Shown: positions 11,417 through 22,240, counted from the stretch's first letter. The stretch is 32,493 nucleotides of DNA from Gammaproteobacteria bacterium (GCA_016844485.1 JAENIZ010000008.1:1-32493); one strand, 5' to 3'. The notes: generated from the sequence alone by a model not told the origin. A program made the numbers and translations.

Positions 11417-11794
11417 TCAGCCTCCTTGTCCCATTAATTCCCCGATCGACCAACCCAGGAACAAATCAAGCATCCATAAAAAAATAGCAATAAAGATCAC
11501 CATCAATATTACAATTAGGGTTGTCTGGACCGTCTCTTGCCGGGTCGGCCATACCACCTTGCGCACTTCTATCTGCGCTTCCTGAAAGAATCCCCAGACT
11601 TGCCGACCTTTATCTGTCTGTAATGCAATAACAGACGCAACCGCTACTGCGATCAGCATGCCAATCACCCGCAATAGCAGGGATTGTTCAGCATAAATAT
11701 AAAACGCACCGATTGCTGACAGTACAATCAGTAATGCCACTACCAGTTTTGCTGTATCCAGTCCGGTACCTACTGTTTCTACCTTTGAATTCAT
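11417..11794 (-). CDS. secE: Preprotein translocase subunit SecE
   Basis: 125-aa ORF with three hydrophobic segments and the conserved EVRKVVWPTRQET motif. It is immediately upstream of nusG. Confidence 0.9.
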   Translation of the reverse strand: MNSKVETVGTGLDTAKLVVALLIVLSAIGAFYIYAEQSLLLRVIGMLIAVAVASVIALQTDKGRQVWGFFQEAQIEVRKVVWPTRQETVQTTLIVILMVIFIAIFLWMLDLFLGWSIGELMGQGG

Positions 11795-11852
11795 ATTTCC
11801 TGCAAGTCATATGTTCCCTGATACACCTTTGCCACTAACACATCCCGCAATC

Positions 11853-11928
11853 TGGCAGGCCAGGAGGGAATCGAACCCCCAACCTGCGGTTTTGGAGACC
11901 GCCGCTCTGCCAATTGAGCTACTGGCCT
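11853..11928 (-). tRNA. tRNA-Trp (anticodon CCA)
   Basis: Hand-folded cloverleaf. Acceptor AGGCCAG/CTGGCCT, D stem GCTC/GAGC, anticodon stem GCGGT/ACCGC with loop CTCCAAA, T loop TTCGATT. CCA is encoded. Length 76 nt. Confidence 0.93.
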
Positions 11929-12107
11929 AGGTAATATCTGCAACGTAAAAACGTTCTACCTCTATAATCTTTTTCCAAAGCGTCCTATCCTTTCACAATC
12001 CATAATTGTTTGGATAATAAAGACAGGATAAGCGCCACCCCAACAGATGATCAGGAAGTTCTTCAATAATTAACGACTACTAAATATAGATTCGAATATA
12101 GTGATGA

Positions 12108-13298
<1,191 letters not shown>

Positions 13299-13374
13299 CG
13301 AAGGTTCTCCTCAGCGAAACAATGAATTTAAAATATTAATGATTAGTCTTTTAAATCTTTCAATACTTATACTC

Positions 13375-13450
13375 TGGAGCCCATAACCGGACTTGAACCG
13401 GTGGCCTCTCCCTTACCAAGGGAGTGCTCTACCGACTGAGCTATATGGGC
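13375..13450 (-). tRNA. tRNA-Thr (anticodon GGT)
   Basis: Cloverleaf: acceptor GCCCATA/TATGGGC, D stem GCTC/GAGC, anticodon stem CTCCC/GGGAG with loop TTGGTAA, T loop TTCAAGT. CCA is encoded. Length 76 nt. Confidence 0.93.
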
Positions 13451-13602
13451 AATGTCTATTCTTTAATCTATTAAAACCATAGCTGGTACGCCGCCCTGCT
13501 CATCATTCCCGATTCGCGCTTACGGTAATTTGATTCACCGGATCAAATTTCCTTCCGATTCCCCCAATCAAAATGCGGGTGATATAACTTGTAACCCCAC
13601 TT

Positions 13603-13676
13603 TGGAGCGGGTGATGGGAATCGAACCCACGCCATCAGCTTGGAAGGCTGAGGTTCTACCACTGAACTACACCCGC
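13603..13676 (-). tRNA. tRNA-Gly (anticodon TCC)
   Basis: Cloverleaf: acceptor GCGGGTG/CACCCGC, D stem GTTC/GAAC, anticodon stem TCAGC/GCTGA with loop CTTCCAA, T loop TTCGATT. CCA is encoded. Length 74 nt. Confidence 0.93.
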
Positions 13677-13720
13677 CGGTTACAAACGCTGATGCCAGAC
13701 GACAATCCTATCCCTTCATC

Positions 13721-13805
13721 CTGGTGGAGGGGGCAGGATTCGAACCTACGAAGGCATTGCCAGCAGATTTACAGTCTGCCCCCGTTGACCGCTTGGGTAC
13801 CCCTC
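13721..13805 (-). tRNA. tRNA-Tyr (anticodon GTA)
   Basis: Cloverleaf: acceptor GGAGGGG/CCCCTCC, anticodon stem GCAGA/TCTGC with loop CTGTAAA, a long variable arm (bacterial type II), T loop TTCGAAT. CCA is encoded. Length 85 nt. Confidence 0.93.
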
Positions 13806-13821
13806 CAAAAAGTAAGCCGGT

Positions 13822-13850
13822 AATTTTCATTGAATTACAATATGCTGTCA
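13822..13850 (-). promoter_or_regulatory. Putative sigma70 promoter of the tRNA-tuf operon
   Basis: The minus strand reads TTGACA (13850..13845), a 17-nt spacer, then GAAAAT (13827..13822). This lies 16 nt upstream of the mature tRNA-Tyr 5' end. The -35 is perfect and the -10 is weak. Motif evidence only. Confidence 0.35.
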
Positions 13851-13869
13851 ATAATATCTACCGGTATTC

Positions 13870-14493
13870 TTAGCCGCCCTGGCGCAGCATGGCACCCGTC
13901 AATGCATCCCTGATCTCGGTAGGACGGGACTCTGAGCCTACCTTTCCGGGCAAAACGTAATCCAGCGATTGACCAAAATAAGCTATAACCTTCCTGGCTG
14001 TAGTCGCTGGAGGACAATGCCCGGGATTCGCACTGGTTGAAACCAGCACACCCGCAGTCCGGCAAAGTCTACGTACCAGATCGTGCTTGCTTACGCGCAC
14101 TGCGACTGTTTTATGATTTCCGGTAATCCATGGCGGCACAGCTTTGGTAGCAGGCAATACCCAGGTCACCGGTCCCGGCCAGGTTTGTAATATCTGTTTC
14201 TTCGCAGACTGACTTGGATAGCTGATATACATGGCAAGTTGTTCCGGATCAGCTGCTACGAGGATTAATCCCTTATTAACCGACCGACCTTTCAGACTGA
14301 GAATTCGATTAACTGCTACAAAATCTTCGGGGATACATCCAAGCCCATAAACCGCTTCAGTGGGGTAAGCAATGACACCACCTTGTTTAAGTATGCGGGC
14401 TGCCCGGCTCAGGTGCCAGCGATTCAAGATAGTATAGAGATCAGTTGGATTGTTTTTGAATGGCGGCGTCCTTATCCGCAATTTCCCTGGCAT
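13870..14493 (-). CDS. tsaC: L-threonylcarbamoyladenylate synthase TsaC/YrdC family
   Basis: Contains GGVIAYPTEAVYGLGC and STSAN, typical of the YrdC/Sua5 domain, and has the short single-domain size. The longest ORF (ATG 14493) overlaps purE by 53 nt. An in-frame TTG at 14427 (MNRWHLSRAARILKQGG...) gives 185 aa with no overlap and may be the true start. Confidence 0.85.
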   Translation of the reverse strand: MPGKLRIRTPPFKNNPTDLYTILNRWHLSRAARILKQGGVIAYPTEAVYGLGCIPEDFVAVNRILSLKGRSVNKGLILVAADPEQLAMYISYPSQSAKKQILQTWPGPVTWVLPATKAVPPWITGNHKTVAVRVSKHDLVRRLCRTAGVLVSTSANPGHCPPATTARKVIAYFGQSLDYVLPGKVGSESRPTEIRDALTGAMLRQGG

Positions 14494-14950
14494 TTTCGGA
14501 ACGGTCGGCCTGCAGGCGCCTGGCTATTTCAGAATCATTGAGAGCCATAATTTGGGCAGCCAGATAGGCAGCATTTTTAGCACCTACCTTTCCGATTGCG
14601 ACGCAGGCGACAGGGATACCCCCCGGCATCTGGACTGTTGAGAGCAATGCGTCTATCCCATGCAAGGATCCCGTTTCCACGGGAACACCGATAACAGGTT
14701 TAAGAGTTAATCCGGCAACTGTTCCGGCAAGATGTGCCGCCATCCCCGCGGCCGCAATAAAGACCACACACCCTCTCATATCAGCATCTTTAATATAGGC
14801 GTGCGTGCGTTCCGGAGTACGATGCGCCGAGGTGATCTTTATCTCTTTTCTGATGCCGAATTTATCTAATATATCCAGAGCAGGTTGCATGACCGGCAGA
14901 TCAGAATCAGAACCCATCAAGATAGCAACGAAAGGGTTTGCAGTACCCAT
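14441..14950 (-). CDS. purE: N5-carboxyaminoimidazole ribonucleotide mutase (PurE, class I-like)
   Basis: 169-aa ORF with the motifs ILMGSDSDLPVM and AAAGMAAHLAG and a PurE-typical length. No purK is adjacent. Confidence 0.92.
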   Translation of the reverse strand: MGTANPFVAILMGSDSDLPVMQPALDILDKFGIRKEIKITSAHRTPERTHAYIKDADMRGCVVFIAAAGMAAHLAGTVAGLTLKPVIGVPVETGSLHGIDALLSTVQMPGGIPVACVAIGKVGAKNAAYLAAQIMALNDSEIARRLQADRSENAREIADKDAAIQKQSN

Positions 14951-15007
14951 AATATTTAAAGTATCAATTAAATAATAAAATAATTAAAGATTAATTAAAT
15001 AAATGAA

Positions 15008-17323
15008 TTAACCCACCTTACGTTTAGTACCACGCCGCCGGCCACGCGCAGGGGCCTCTGCGAGCAAGGTCTGGGATTCTTTCAAAGTCAGGCTTGCTGG
15101 CTCCCGATCTTTAGGAATTTTAGCGTTTTTCTTGCCATCGGTAACGTAAGGACCATAACGCCCGTTCAAGATTGATATACCACTCTCGCTAAACACCTTG
15201 ATTTGTTTTTCGGCATCACCTTTTTTCTTTTCCTCGATCAGCGCAAGCGCGCGCTCTAGTGTAACAATATGTGGATCATCTTCCGCTTTCAGTGAAACAA
15301 ATTTATTACTATATCGTATATAAGGTCCATAGCGGCCAATATTGGCTGCGACTTCCTCACCTTCAGGTGTCTCGCCTAATATTCGTGGTAGTTTGAATAA
15401 CTTCAGTGCGTCTTGCAAAGTAACACTGTTCATACGTTGACCTGGTCGAAGACCTGAAAATTTTGGTTTCTCAGCATCATCGCGTGTGCCGATCTGCACA
15501 TAAGGACCATAGCGTCCCATTCTTACCGATACCGGTAATCCTGACTTGGGGTCTGTCCCCAACTCGCGGGCCTGAGTTGCCTCTTTACGGCTGACATTCT
15601 CTTCTTTCTCTTTGACCTTTTGATCAAAGGGTATCCAGAACTCCCGCATCAGGGGGATCCACTCTTTCTCTCCTCTGGAAACTGCGTCCAGTTCATCTTC
15701 AAGACGCGCGGTAAAATCATAATCAACATAATCACCGAAATGTTCTGTCAAAAATTTATTGACGATACGTCCAACCTCTGTTGGTATGAACCGTTTTTTA
15801 TCGAGTTCCACATATTCACGTTGCTGCAGTGTTGAAATAATACTGGCATAAGTGGAGGGGCGACCAATACCATATTCTTCCAGTGATTTGACCAGACTCG
15901 CTTCTGTATATCTTGGTGGGGGTTCAGTAAAGTGTTGTTCACATCTAATATCAATTAATTTCACAACGTCACCTTGTTTCAATGCAGGTAAAATACGCTG
16001 CTCGCTATCCTGTTTTGTATCATCCTGTCCTTCCTGATACACCTCCATGAATCCGGCATCCACAACAGTTGATCCTGTCGCACGGAATGTATTACCTGCT
16101 CCACATTCAAAATCAACGGCCACTGTATTAATTATTGCATGTTTCATTTGACAGGCAACGGCCCGTTTCCAGATCAATTCATAAAGCCTGAACTGGTCTT
16201 CCTTCAATTTTGACTTAATCTCCTGCGGGATGCGATAAACGGAAGTTGGACGAATGGCTTCATGGGCCTCTTGAGCATTCTTTGATTTCGTTTTGTAGTG
16301 ATGCGCATGTGCAGGTAATTTTTCGCGGCCATAACGCTCAGTAATAAATGCCCGAATATCCTTAATGGCTTCCTCGGCGAGATTCACCGAATCTGTTCTC
16401 ATATAGGTAATAAGACCTACTGCACCATCGCCAATATCGATCCCTTCATACAATTGTTGGGCAACGCGCATTGTACGTTGTGCAGTAAATCCCAGTTTAC
16501 GGATAGCTTCCTGCTGCAAGGTTGAGGTGATAAAGGGGCTGGCTGGTTGGCGTCTGCGCTGTTTCTCTTCAATGGCATTAACTTTTAATTTGCCCTCAGC
16601 TGCCCGCAGGAGTTTCTGACGTGATACCTCTGCCGTTTTTCCATCCTCTATACTGAACTGCTTAAGTTTCTCATTATTCAACTGCGTTAATTTTGCAATA
16701 AAATTTACATCACTTTGAGTCAGGTCTGCCTCTAACGACCAGTATTCTCTGACTTTGAATTTTTCGATCTCTTCTTCCCGTTCAGCAATCATGCGCAAAG
16801 CAGGGCTTTGTACCCGGCCCGCGGAAAGACCACGGCGAATCTTTTTCCATAACAAGGGAGACAAATTGAATCCAACGAGATAATCAAGAGCCCTTCGAGC
16901 CTGCTGTGCATTGATTAATTCCATAGAGAGTTCGCGGGGATGAGCTATGGATTGATCAATCGCGCTTTTGGTTACTTCATGAAAAACAACCCGGTGTACC
17001 TTCTTGCCTTCCAACACACCGCGCTCTTTCAGGAGTTCATAAAGATGCCATGAGATCGCCTCGCCTTCACGATCGGGGTCAGTCGCAAGATATAGAGTAT
17101 TTATTTTTTTAAGCGCCTTGGCAATTGCGTCAACAGACTTTGCATTTTTTTCTATGAGCTCATAACGCATGGCAAAATTATTTTCCGGATCTACAGCCCC
17201 TGTTTTAGGTAATAGATCGCGCACATGCCCATAGGAGGCCAATACCTGATAATCATCCCCAAGATATTGATTCAGTGTTTTTGCCTTGGCAGGAGATTCA
17301 ACGATAACTAATGCTTTGCTCAT
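15008..17323 (-). CDS. topA: DNA topoisomerase I
   Basis: 771-aa ORF. It has the TOPRIM sequences VIVESPAKAKT and DPDREGE, and the active-site tyrosine context GLITYMRTDS. The C-terminal region has three GRYGPY(V/I) repeats and no cysteines, so it is the zinc-free Topo_C repeat-type tail. Confidence 0.97.
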   Translation of the reverse strand: MSKALVIVESPAKAKTLNQYLGDDYQVLASYGHVRDLLPKTGAVDPENNFAMRYELIEKNAKSVDAIAKALKKINTLYLATDPDREGEAISWHLYELLKERGVLEGKKVHRVVFHEVTKSAIDQSIAHPRELSMELINAQQARRALDYLVGFNLSPLLWKKIRRGLSAGRVQSPALRMIAEREEEIEKFKVREYWSLEADLTQSDVNFIAKLTQLNNEKLKQFSIEDGKTAEVSRQKLLRAAEGKLKVNAIEEKQRRRQPASPFITSTLQQEAIRKLGFTAQRTMRVAQQLYEGIDIGDGAVGLITYMRTDSVNLAEEAIKDIRAFITERYGREKLPAHAHHYKTKSKNAQEAHEAIRPTSVYRIPQEIKSKLKEDQFRLYELIWKRAVACQMKHAIINTVAVDFECGAGNTFRATGSTVVDAGFMEVYQEGQDDTKQDSEQRILPALKQGDVVKLIDIRCEQHFTEPPPRYTEASLVKSLEEYGIGRPSTYASIISTLQQREYVELDKKRFIPTEVGRIVNKFLTEHFGDYVDYDFTARLEDELDAVSRGEKEWIPLMREFWIPFDQKVKEKEENVSRKEATQARELGTDPKSGLPVSVRMGRYGPYVQIGTRDDAEKPKFSGLRPGQRMNSVTLQDALKLFKLPRILGETPEGEEVAANIGRYGPYIRYSNKFVSLKAEDDPHIVTLERALALIEEKKKGDAEKQIKVFSESGISILNGRYGPYVTDGKKNAKIPKDREPASLTLKESQTLLAEAPARGRRRGTKRKVG

Positions 17324-17392
17324 AAAACTGCAAATTAAAAAATAAAGGGAAAATTAAAATGTTTATTTAGAAGGAAAATCGTTTGTCATGTC

Positions 17393-17875
17393 CTAATGCA
17401 AGCTGGCAGTAATATCATCCATCACGATATCTTCCATCCAGGTAATCGCGGTTTTTTTCTCCGGCTGATTAAATAACACCATTAATACTACCCATTTAAG
17501 CTGTTGCAGATCAACTTCATCGGATTCGAGCGCTATTATTCGATCTATAACAAGCTCACGTTCATTTGAATTCAATACGCCTACCTGTTCAAGAAAGAGT
17601 AAAAATCCGCGACATACTGTGTCAAGCTTTTCGAGTTCTTCATCACTGAACAGACGCGAGGATGGTACAGCAGAAAAATTATTTATGGCACTATTATCCT
17701 TTTGTTGAAATGCAAGACCTTCAAGCCAGGAAAATGCCTTATCTATCTGATGGTCACAAAATCCAGCTTCAATCAATTGTGTTCTGAGTGACTCCTGATC
17801 AGGCACAAATCCAGGATCTTCTTCAATATAATTATCAAAGATATACATCAATATATCCAGGACTGTTTCTTTCAT
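17393..17875 (-). CDS. smg: Smg protein (DUF494)
   Basis: 160-aa ORF starting MKETVLDILMYIFDNYIEED. The dprA-smg-topA neighbourhood is conserved. Confidence 0.9.
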   Translation of the reverse strand: MKETVLDILMYIFDNYIEEDPGFVPDQESLRTQLIEAGFCDHQIDKAFSWLEGLAFQQKDNSAINNFSAVPSSRLFSDEELEKLDTVCRGFLLFLEQVGVLNSNERELVIDRIIALESDEVDLQQLKWVVLMVLFNQPEKKTAITWMEDIVMDDITASLH

Positions 17876-17891
17876 GCAAATATTCTCCTAA

Positions 17892-18084
17892 GGAACCTCT
17901 GATTCAATCAGAGGTTCCGCGCCACAGGGGCTCGGAGCATTGCTCCGAGCGGGCATACAAGGAGTATGCCCTGGACTTGCATGCACAGCAGGAAGCGCAA
18001 CATGCAAGTGCCGCATCATTATTCAGTCCCGCCTAGGCGGGACTGAATAATGGAGCAAAGCAAAAACCATGGTTTTTACTTTGC
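17892..18084. other. Array of six consecutive unrelated hairpins/palindromes in the dprA-smg spacer
   Basis: H1 17892..17918: GGAACCTCTGATT-C-AATCAGAGGTTCC. H2 17930..17950: 9-bp stem, loop ATT. H3 17951..17971: GGGCATAC-AAGGA-GTATGCCC. H4 17975..18009: 9-bp stem, 17-nt loop. H5 18017..18052: perfect 36-nt palindrome centred on CCTAGG. H6 18055..18084: GCAAAG.AAAAAC/GTTTTT.CTTTGC with one mismatch. Confidence 0.8.
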
Positions 18085-18124
18085 GTATCTGAACAAGACC
18101 CGGATGGGCTTTTTCAGAGTTTCT

Positions 18125-19249
18125 TTAACTTATTCGTGCATACAGTCCACCCGGGAAAGATGAAACCATGCCGCGAATCTCTAATATTAAAAGCATGGAG
18201 GAAACTGTATCAGCCGTCAATCCGGTACGTTCTATTAATTTATCTACAGAGACATGTTCATAAGCAATATTATCCAGCAGTAATTTGTACTCTTCGTCAA
18301 GCGAATTAATATTATACTCTGGGATTTTGCATTCATTTGGCAACCCGGCAATTGCATGCATCAGAACACCCGATTCCTCAAGTATATCCTGTACTGTTTC
18401 CACCAGTTTTGCACCTTGTTTAATGAGCGCGTGACAACCACGTGCAAGAGGATTATGTATTGACCCCGGGATTGCAAAGACTTCCCTCCCCTGCTCCATG
18501 GCATAGCGGGCGGTTATCAATGATCCACTGCGTTGGGCCGCCTCTACTACCAGGATTCCTGCTGTCAGGCCGCTGATGATCCGGTTCCGTCGCGGGAAAT
18601 TTTCAGCGAGCGGAGGTGTACCTGGAGGAAACTCGGACACCAGAGCACCATTGTCAATGATACGTTCAGCCAAGGCCTTATGTCGTGCCGGATAGATTAT
18701 ATCCAAACCATTCCCAAGAATTGCGATTGTCCTTCCCTTTGCATCCAGTGCACCAAGATGACTGCAATAATCAATTCCTAACGCCATACCACTGGTAATA
18801 GTAATGCCCAGTTGCGCCAATTGTTCGGCAAACGCCCGCGCTATTTGTTTTCCTCCCGGGCTCGGATTACGGCTACCGACTATACCCAATTGCACTGACT
18901 GTAATACTTCAGGATCACCAACTATAAACAGAACAATCGGGGCGTCTGGAATTTCTTTGAGTAGCGGTGGATAGGTCTTGTCAAAATAAGTAACCAGGTG
19001 ATGCCGGGGTTGGTTTAACCACTTGATGTCTGCTTCTATTGCTTCCAAATCAGGTTGTTTAAGATATTTCAGCGTCTGTGCTTTAAGCCCATGTTGCTTC
19101 AAGACACTAGTGCCTGCGGATAATATCTGTGCGGGAGATTTAAAGATATCCAGTAAAGCTCTTTGCTGGAGTGGGCCCAGCGCCGGGGCACGGTACAACG
19201 TTAACCAGCTAGCGTGTGTATCGCCCTTAATGACATCTCCCTGGCTCAT
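18125..19249 (-). CDS. dprA: DNA processing protein DprA
   Basis: 374-aa ORF with the Rossmann-like DprA core (GIVGSRNPSPGG, GMALGIDYCSH, EFPPGTPP). Conserved position next to smg/topA and opposite def. Confidence 0.93.
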   Translation of the reverse strand: MSQGDVIKGDTHASWLTLYRAPALGPLQQRALLDIFKSPAQILSAGTSVLKQHGLKAQTLKYLKQPDLEAIEADIKWLNQPRHHLVTYFDKTYPPLLKEIPDAPIVLFIVGDPEVLQSVQLGIVGSRNPSPGGKQIARAFAEQLAQLGITITSGMALGIDYCSHLGALDAKGRTIAILGNGLDIIYPARHKALAERIIDNGALVSEFPPGTPPLAENFPRRNRIISGLTAGILVVEAAQRSGSLITARYAMEQGREVFAIPGSIHNPLARGCHALIKQGAKLVETVQDILEESGVLMHAIAGLPNECKIPEYNINSLDEEYKLLLDNIAYEHVSVDKLIERTGLTADTVSSMLLILEIRGMVSSFPGGLYARIS

Positions 19250-19308
19250 GAATTAATTGTTATTGTTTCATCAAGACAGAAGAAAATCATGTAAGAATTA
19301 GGACACAG

Positions 19309-19337
19309 ATTATATAAAATAAAAATAGTATCCTAAA
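19309..19337 (-). promoter_or_regulatory. Putative promoter upstream of dprA
   Basis: The minus strand has TTTAGG (19337..19332), a 17-nt spacer, then a perfect TATAAT (19314..19309). This lies about 60 nt upstream of the dprA ATG. Motif evidence only. Confidence 0.3.
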
Positions 19338-19418
19338 GTTTGCCGCAGCAACAAATGAGGTCTGCCGGAAATAGCCTCTGTAAATAATACCTGACATCCC
19401 TGTCACTGAGATAATTAA

Positions 19419-20630
19419 CTATAAATTCCGAACACTATCGTACATGTGGATAGGGCTGACCGCCTCCATCACCAGGGCATAACTGACTTTATCAAAGGTA
19501 CGGAATACCATCAAAACGCCGGAATATTCTTCAGGCAGCCGAACCTCTTCGGGTTTTGAATTTGGCCTGCCCAGATACCCTGCCAAATCTGTTCTGTCAA
19601 AGGCTCGTTTTGTATCCCTGATATCATTGGTAACATTGCTAAGCGCTTTATCAACAGCACTTGTATCTTCACGTTCAAATATAATACGTCTTTCATCTTC
19701 TTCCTTTGCTTTGATCTTTGTGGCAACTTCATCCTTCACGATATTGCCGCTCTTGTAGACTCCCACCACATTACCTACTTCCATGCCATCAGTCGTACCG
19801 AGATCCAGTACCACCACCTGATACTGACCTATCTCGGTTACACCATCAATAACAGAAATAACATTGCCATCCACATCGTGGTTCGGGACAGTCGGTATAA
19901 AATTAGCACTGATATCCGCATCGGATTCCTCTGCCAATCTGTCTCCCGCCAAAATCTCGCGGTTTGAGCGTGCAACCAATGCCGAGGCGGGGTCGCCGGT
20001 TTTCACTATAACCGCATCTCCTACATACAGGGCTTCATAGCCTAAAATATTGTCCTTATCCTTGCGTGGATTAATATAGGGCTTGCCACGGCGATAGACT
20101 GCATAACTTGTTGTTGTAGCATCTTCGGGGAGACCACGGACATAGATCCTGTTACCGGATCCTGCCACCAGGTGTTCATCATAACTGGACACTATATAAG
20201 GCCATGTCTCCATTTCTTTTTCAGAAACAACCAGAGGACGCGTCAAAAATTGTTTTATTGCATCAATGGGAATAGTAGGAATTGCTTCTTCTTTCTCATA
20301 GGAACGGACTGCGGGTGAAAGTTTCACATTACGTCCCGATACCATCTGTCCACCCCTGCTCAGGGTCAATATCGGTTTACCATCCTGATATTGGAGAGCA
20401 ACAATATCACCAGGATAAATAAGATTGGGATCTTTAATCTGGGGATTGGCACGCCAGACCTCCGGCCAAAGCCAGGGTTGTTGCAGAAATTTACCGGAGA
20501 TATCCCACAAGGTATCCCCTTTCTGCACAACGTATTTGTCCGGATGATCCGGATTAACAGCCACAGTATCGGCCATGGCCACTGTCGAAACCCAAAAAAC
20601 TAATGCAATCAGCGAGAATTTATTAAGCAT
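19419..20630 (-). CDS. LysM domain-containing periplasmic protein
   Basis: 403-aa ORF with the signal peptide MLNKFSLIALVFWVSTVAMA. The LysM motif YVVQKGDTLWDISGKFLQQPWLWPEVWRANPQIKDPNLIYPGDIV is present. A LysM gene upstream of dprA and divergent from def is a common arrangement. Confidence 0.85.
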   Translation of the reverse strand: MLNKFSLIALVFWVSTVAMADTVAVNPDHPDKYVVQKGDTLWDISGKFLQQPWLWPEVWRANPQIKDPNLIYPGDIVALQYQDGKPILTLSRGGQMVSGRNVKLSPAVRSYEKEEAIPTIPIDAIKQFLTRPLVVSEKEMETWPYIVSSYDEHLVAGSGNRIYVRGLPEDATTTSYAVYRRGKPYINPRKDKDNILGYEALYVGDAVIVKTGDPASALVARSNREILAGDRLAEESDADISANFIPTVPNHDVDGNVISVIDGVTEIGQYQVVVLDLGTTDGMEVGNVVGVYKSGNIVKDEVATKIKAKEEDERRIIFEREDTSAVDKALSNVTNDIRDTKRAFDRTDLAGYLGRPNSKPEEVRLPEEYSGVLMVFRTFDKVSYALVMEAVSPIHMYDSVRNL

Positions 20631-20780
20631 GTCTATTACCTTACATACATTCCTTAATGTAGATTAGTAAAAAGTCTAGCAAAATATTGGCTGGAGTACC
20701 ATTATCTTGTTTATTTATGCCAAAAATTCCATTTTTCTGTATACTATCAGTAAGTTATTACCATTTTCGAGTATTATTAC

Positions 20781-21293
20781 ATGGCAAAATTAGAGGTTTT
20801 ACACTTCCCTGACACGCGCCTGCGGAAGCAGGCATCTCCTGTTGAGATTATAGATACAGAGATCAGAATCCTCGCAGCGGACATGCTTGAGACCATGTAT
20901 GCCGAGGGTGGTATAGGGTTGGCCGCAACTCAGGTCAATGTCCAGAAACAGGTGGTTGTTATCGACCTTTCGGAACAACATGATAATCCTATGTGCTTGA
21001 TAAATCCGGAAATTATCAAGAGTGTAGGGACTGAGCAGATGCAGGAAGGTTGCCTGTCCGTACCGGGCTATTTCGACCTGGTGGAACGCGCTGAAAAGGT
21101 TACCCTGCACTATCTCAATCTCGATGGGGAAAGTATTGAAGTCGATGCCGATGGTCTGCTGGCGGTCTGTGTACAGCACGAAATCGACCACCTGAATGGC
21201 AAATTATTTATTGATTATCTGTCTCCATTGAAACGCCAGCGCTTGCGTAAAAAACTCGAAAAACAGGAAAAATTAGAAATCCCGGCCCTGTGA
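20781..21293 (+). CDS. def: Peptide deformylase
   Basis: 170-aa ORF with the three Def motifs [16 protein letters not shown] and QHEIDHLNG. Confidence 0.97.
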   Translation: MAKLEVLHFPDTRLRKQASPVEIIDTEIRILAADMLETMYAEGGIGLAATQVNVQKQVVVIDLSEQHDNPMCLINPEIIKSVGTEQMQEGCLSVPGYFDLVERAEKVTLHYLNLDGESIEVDADGLLAVCVQHEIDHLNGKLFIDYLSPLKRQRLRKKLEKQEKLEIPAL

Positions 21294-22240
21294 TCAAACC
21301 GAACCTGCGCCTGGCATTTGCAGGCACCCCTGAGCTTGCGGCCACCGCCCTTGAAGCCCTTATTAAGCGCTCCCCACATATCGTCACTACAGTTTATACA
21401 CAACCGGATCGCCATGCCGGACGGGGTCAAAAACTCGCATTAAGCGCGGTCAAGCAGCTCGCCTTGAAGCACGGTCTGAGCATCCTTCAGCCCCCATCTC
21501 CGGCAGAAATTGACCCTGATACCCAATTGGCACGGGTAGATGTGCTGGTTGTGGTCGCATACGGGGTACTGCTGCCCGAAAAACTCCTGAATCGCCCCCG
21601 TTATGGCTGTATCAATATCCACACCTCGTTGTTGCCACGCTGGCGCGGAGCAGCACCTATCCAGCGTGCAATACAGGCGGGGGATTCCGAGACCGGAATA
21701 ACAATCATGCAAATCGATACGGGGCTGGATACGGGCCCGATACTGGCCCAGGTAAAATGCCCGATTGCCGCGGAAGACACTTCCGGGAGTTTGCATGATA
21801 AGCTCGCTGCACTTGGCGCCACATGTCTGCTTGAGACACTGGATAACATAGCAGCAAACAATATAAATCCTGTTCCCCAGGACAACTCCATGGCAACCTA
21901 CGCCAGGAAAATTACCAAGGCCGAAGCCAGGGTAGACTGGTCATTGCCGGCGATTGAACTTGAGCGCACGGTCAGGGCATTTAACCCATCACCAGTCGCC
22001 TATACCGAACTGAATGGTTTAAAGTTGCGTATCTGGCAGGCCCGAATTATCGATCAATCGGCACATGATTCCCCCGGTGCTGTAATCGCCTGCCATCGAT
22101 CAGGGATTGATGTCGCGACCGGTAAGGGAATATTACGCCTGTTGAAAGTACAACCGCCCGGCAAGCGCATATTGAGCATTGCTGAATTTCTGAACGGCAG
22201 GCCGGATTTCGTCACTTGTGTGACTGGAAATTCAAAATAA
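21290..22240 (+). CDS. fmt: Methionyl-tRNA formyltransferase
   Basis: 316-aa ORF. Its GTG start overlaps the def stop as GTGA. It contains [18 protein letters not shown]. Confidence 0.96.
   Translation: MIKPNLRLAFAGTPELAATALEALIKRSPHIVTTVYTQPDRHAGRGQKLALSAVKQLALKHGLSILQPPSPAEIDPDTQLARVDVLVVVAYGVLLPEKLLNRPRYGCINIHTSLLPRWRGAAPIQRAIQAGDSETGITIMQIDTGLDTGPILAQVKCPIAAEDTSGSLHDKLAALGATCLLETLDNIAANNINPVPQDNSMATYARKITKAEARVDWSLPAIELERTVRAFNPSPVAYTELNGLKLRIWQARIIDQSAHDSPGAVIACHRSGIDVATGKGILRLLKVQPPGKRILSIAEFLNGRPDFVTCVTGNSK

Noticed and set aside
13530-13823. A 97-aa plus-strand ORF spanning the tRNA cluster.
   Set aside because: It is made up of the antisense strand of tRNA-Gly and tRNA-Tyr plus spacer sequence, so it is an artefact.
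13375-13869. The tRNA cluster as a possible integration hotspot or genomic island boundary.
   Set aside because: No integrase, no direct repeat of a tRNA 3' end and no foreign-looking genes flank it. The neighbours are tuf and tsaC in a conserved order.
15008-15600. The topoisomerase I C-terminal region has no cysteines, so it has no zinc ribbons.
   Set aside because: The repeated GRYGPY motifs identify a known zinc-free Topo_C repeat architecture found in many bacteria. This is not an anomaly.
17975-18009. The loop of hairpin H4 (CACAGCAGGAAGCGCAA) superficially recalls the GGAAG/AGCA motifs of SRP (4.5S) RNA domain IV.
   Set aside because: The surrounding helix, the GNAR tetraloop and the symmetric/asymmetric loop arrangement of 4.5S RNA are not present. 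The resemblance is limited to a few nucleotides.
17788-18036. An 82-aa plus-strand ORF running through the hairpin array.
   Set aside because: It starts antisense within smg and reads through palindromes, whose symmetry tends to keep frames open. It has no Shine-Dalgarno and no motif.
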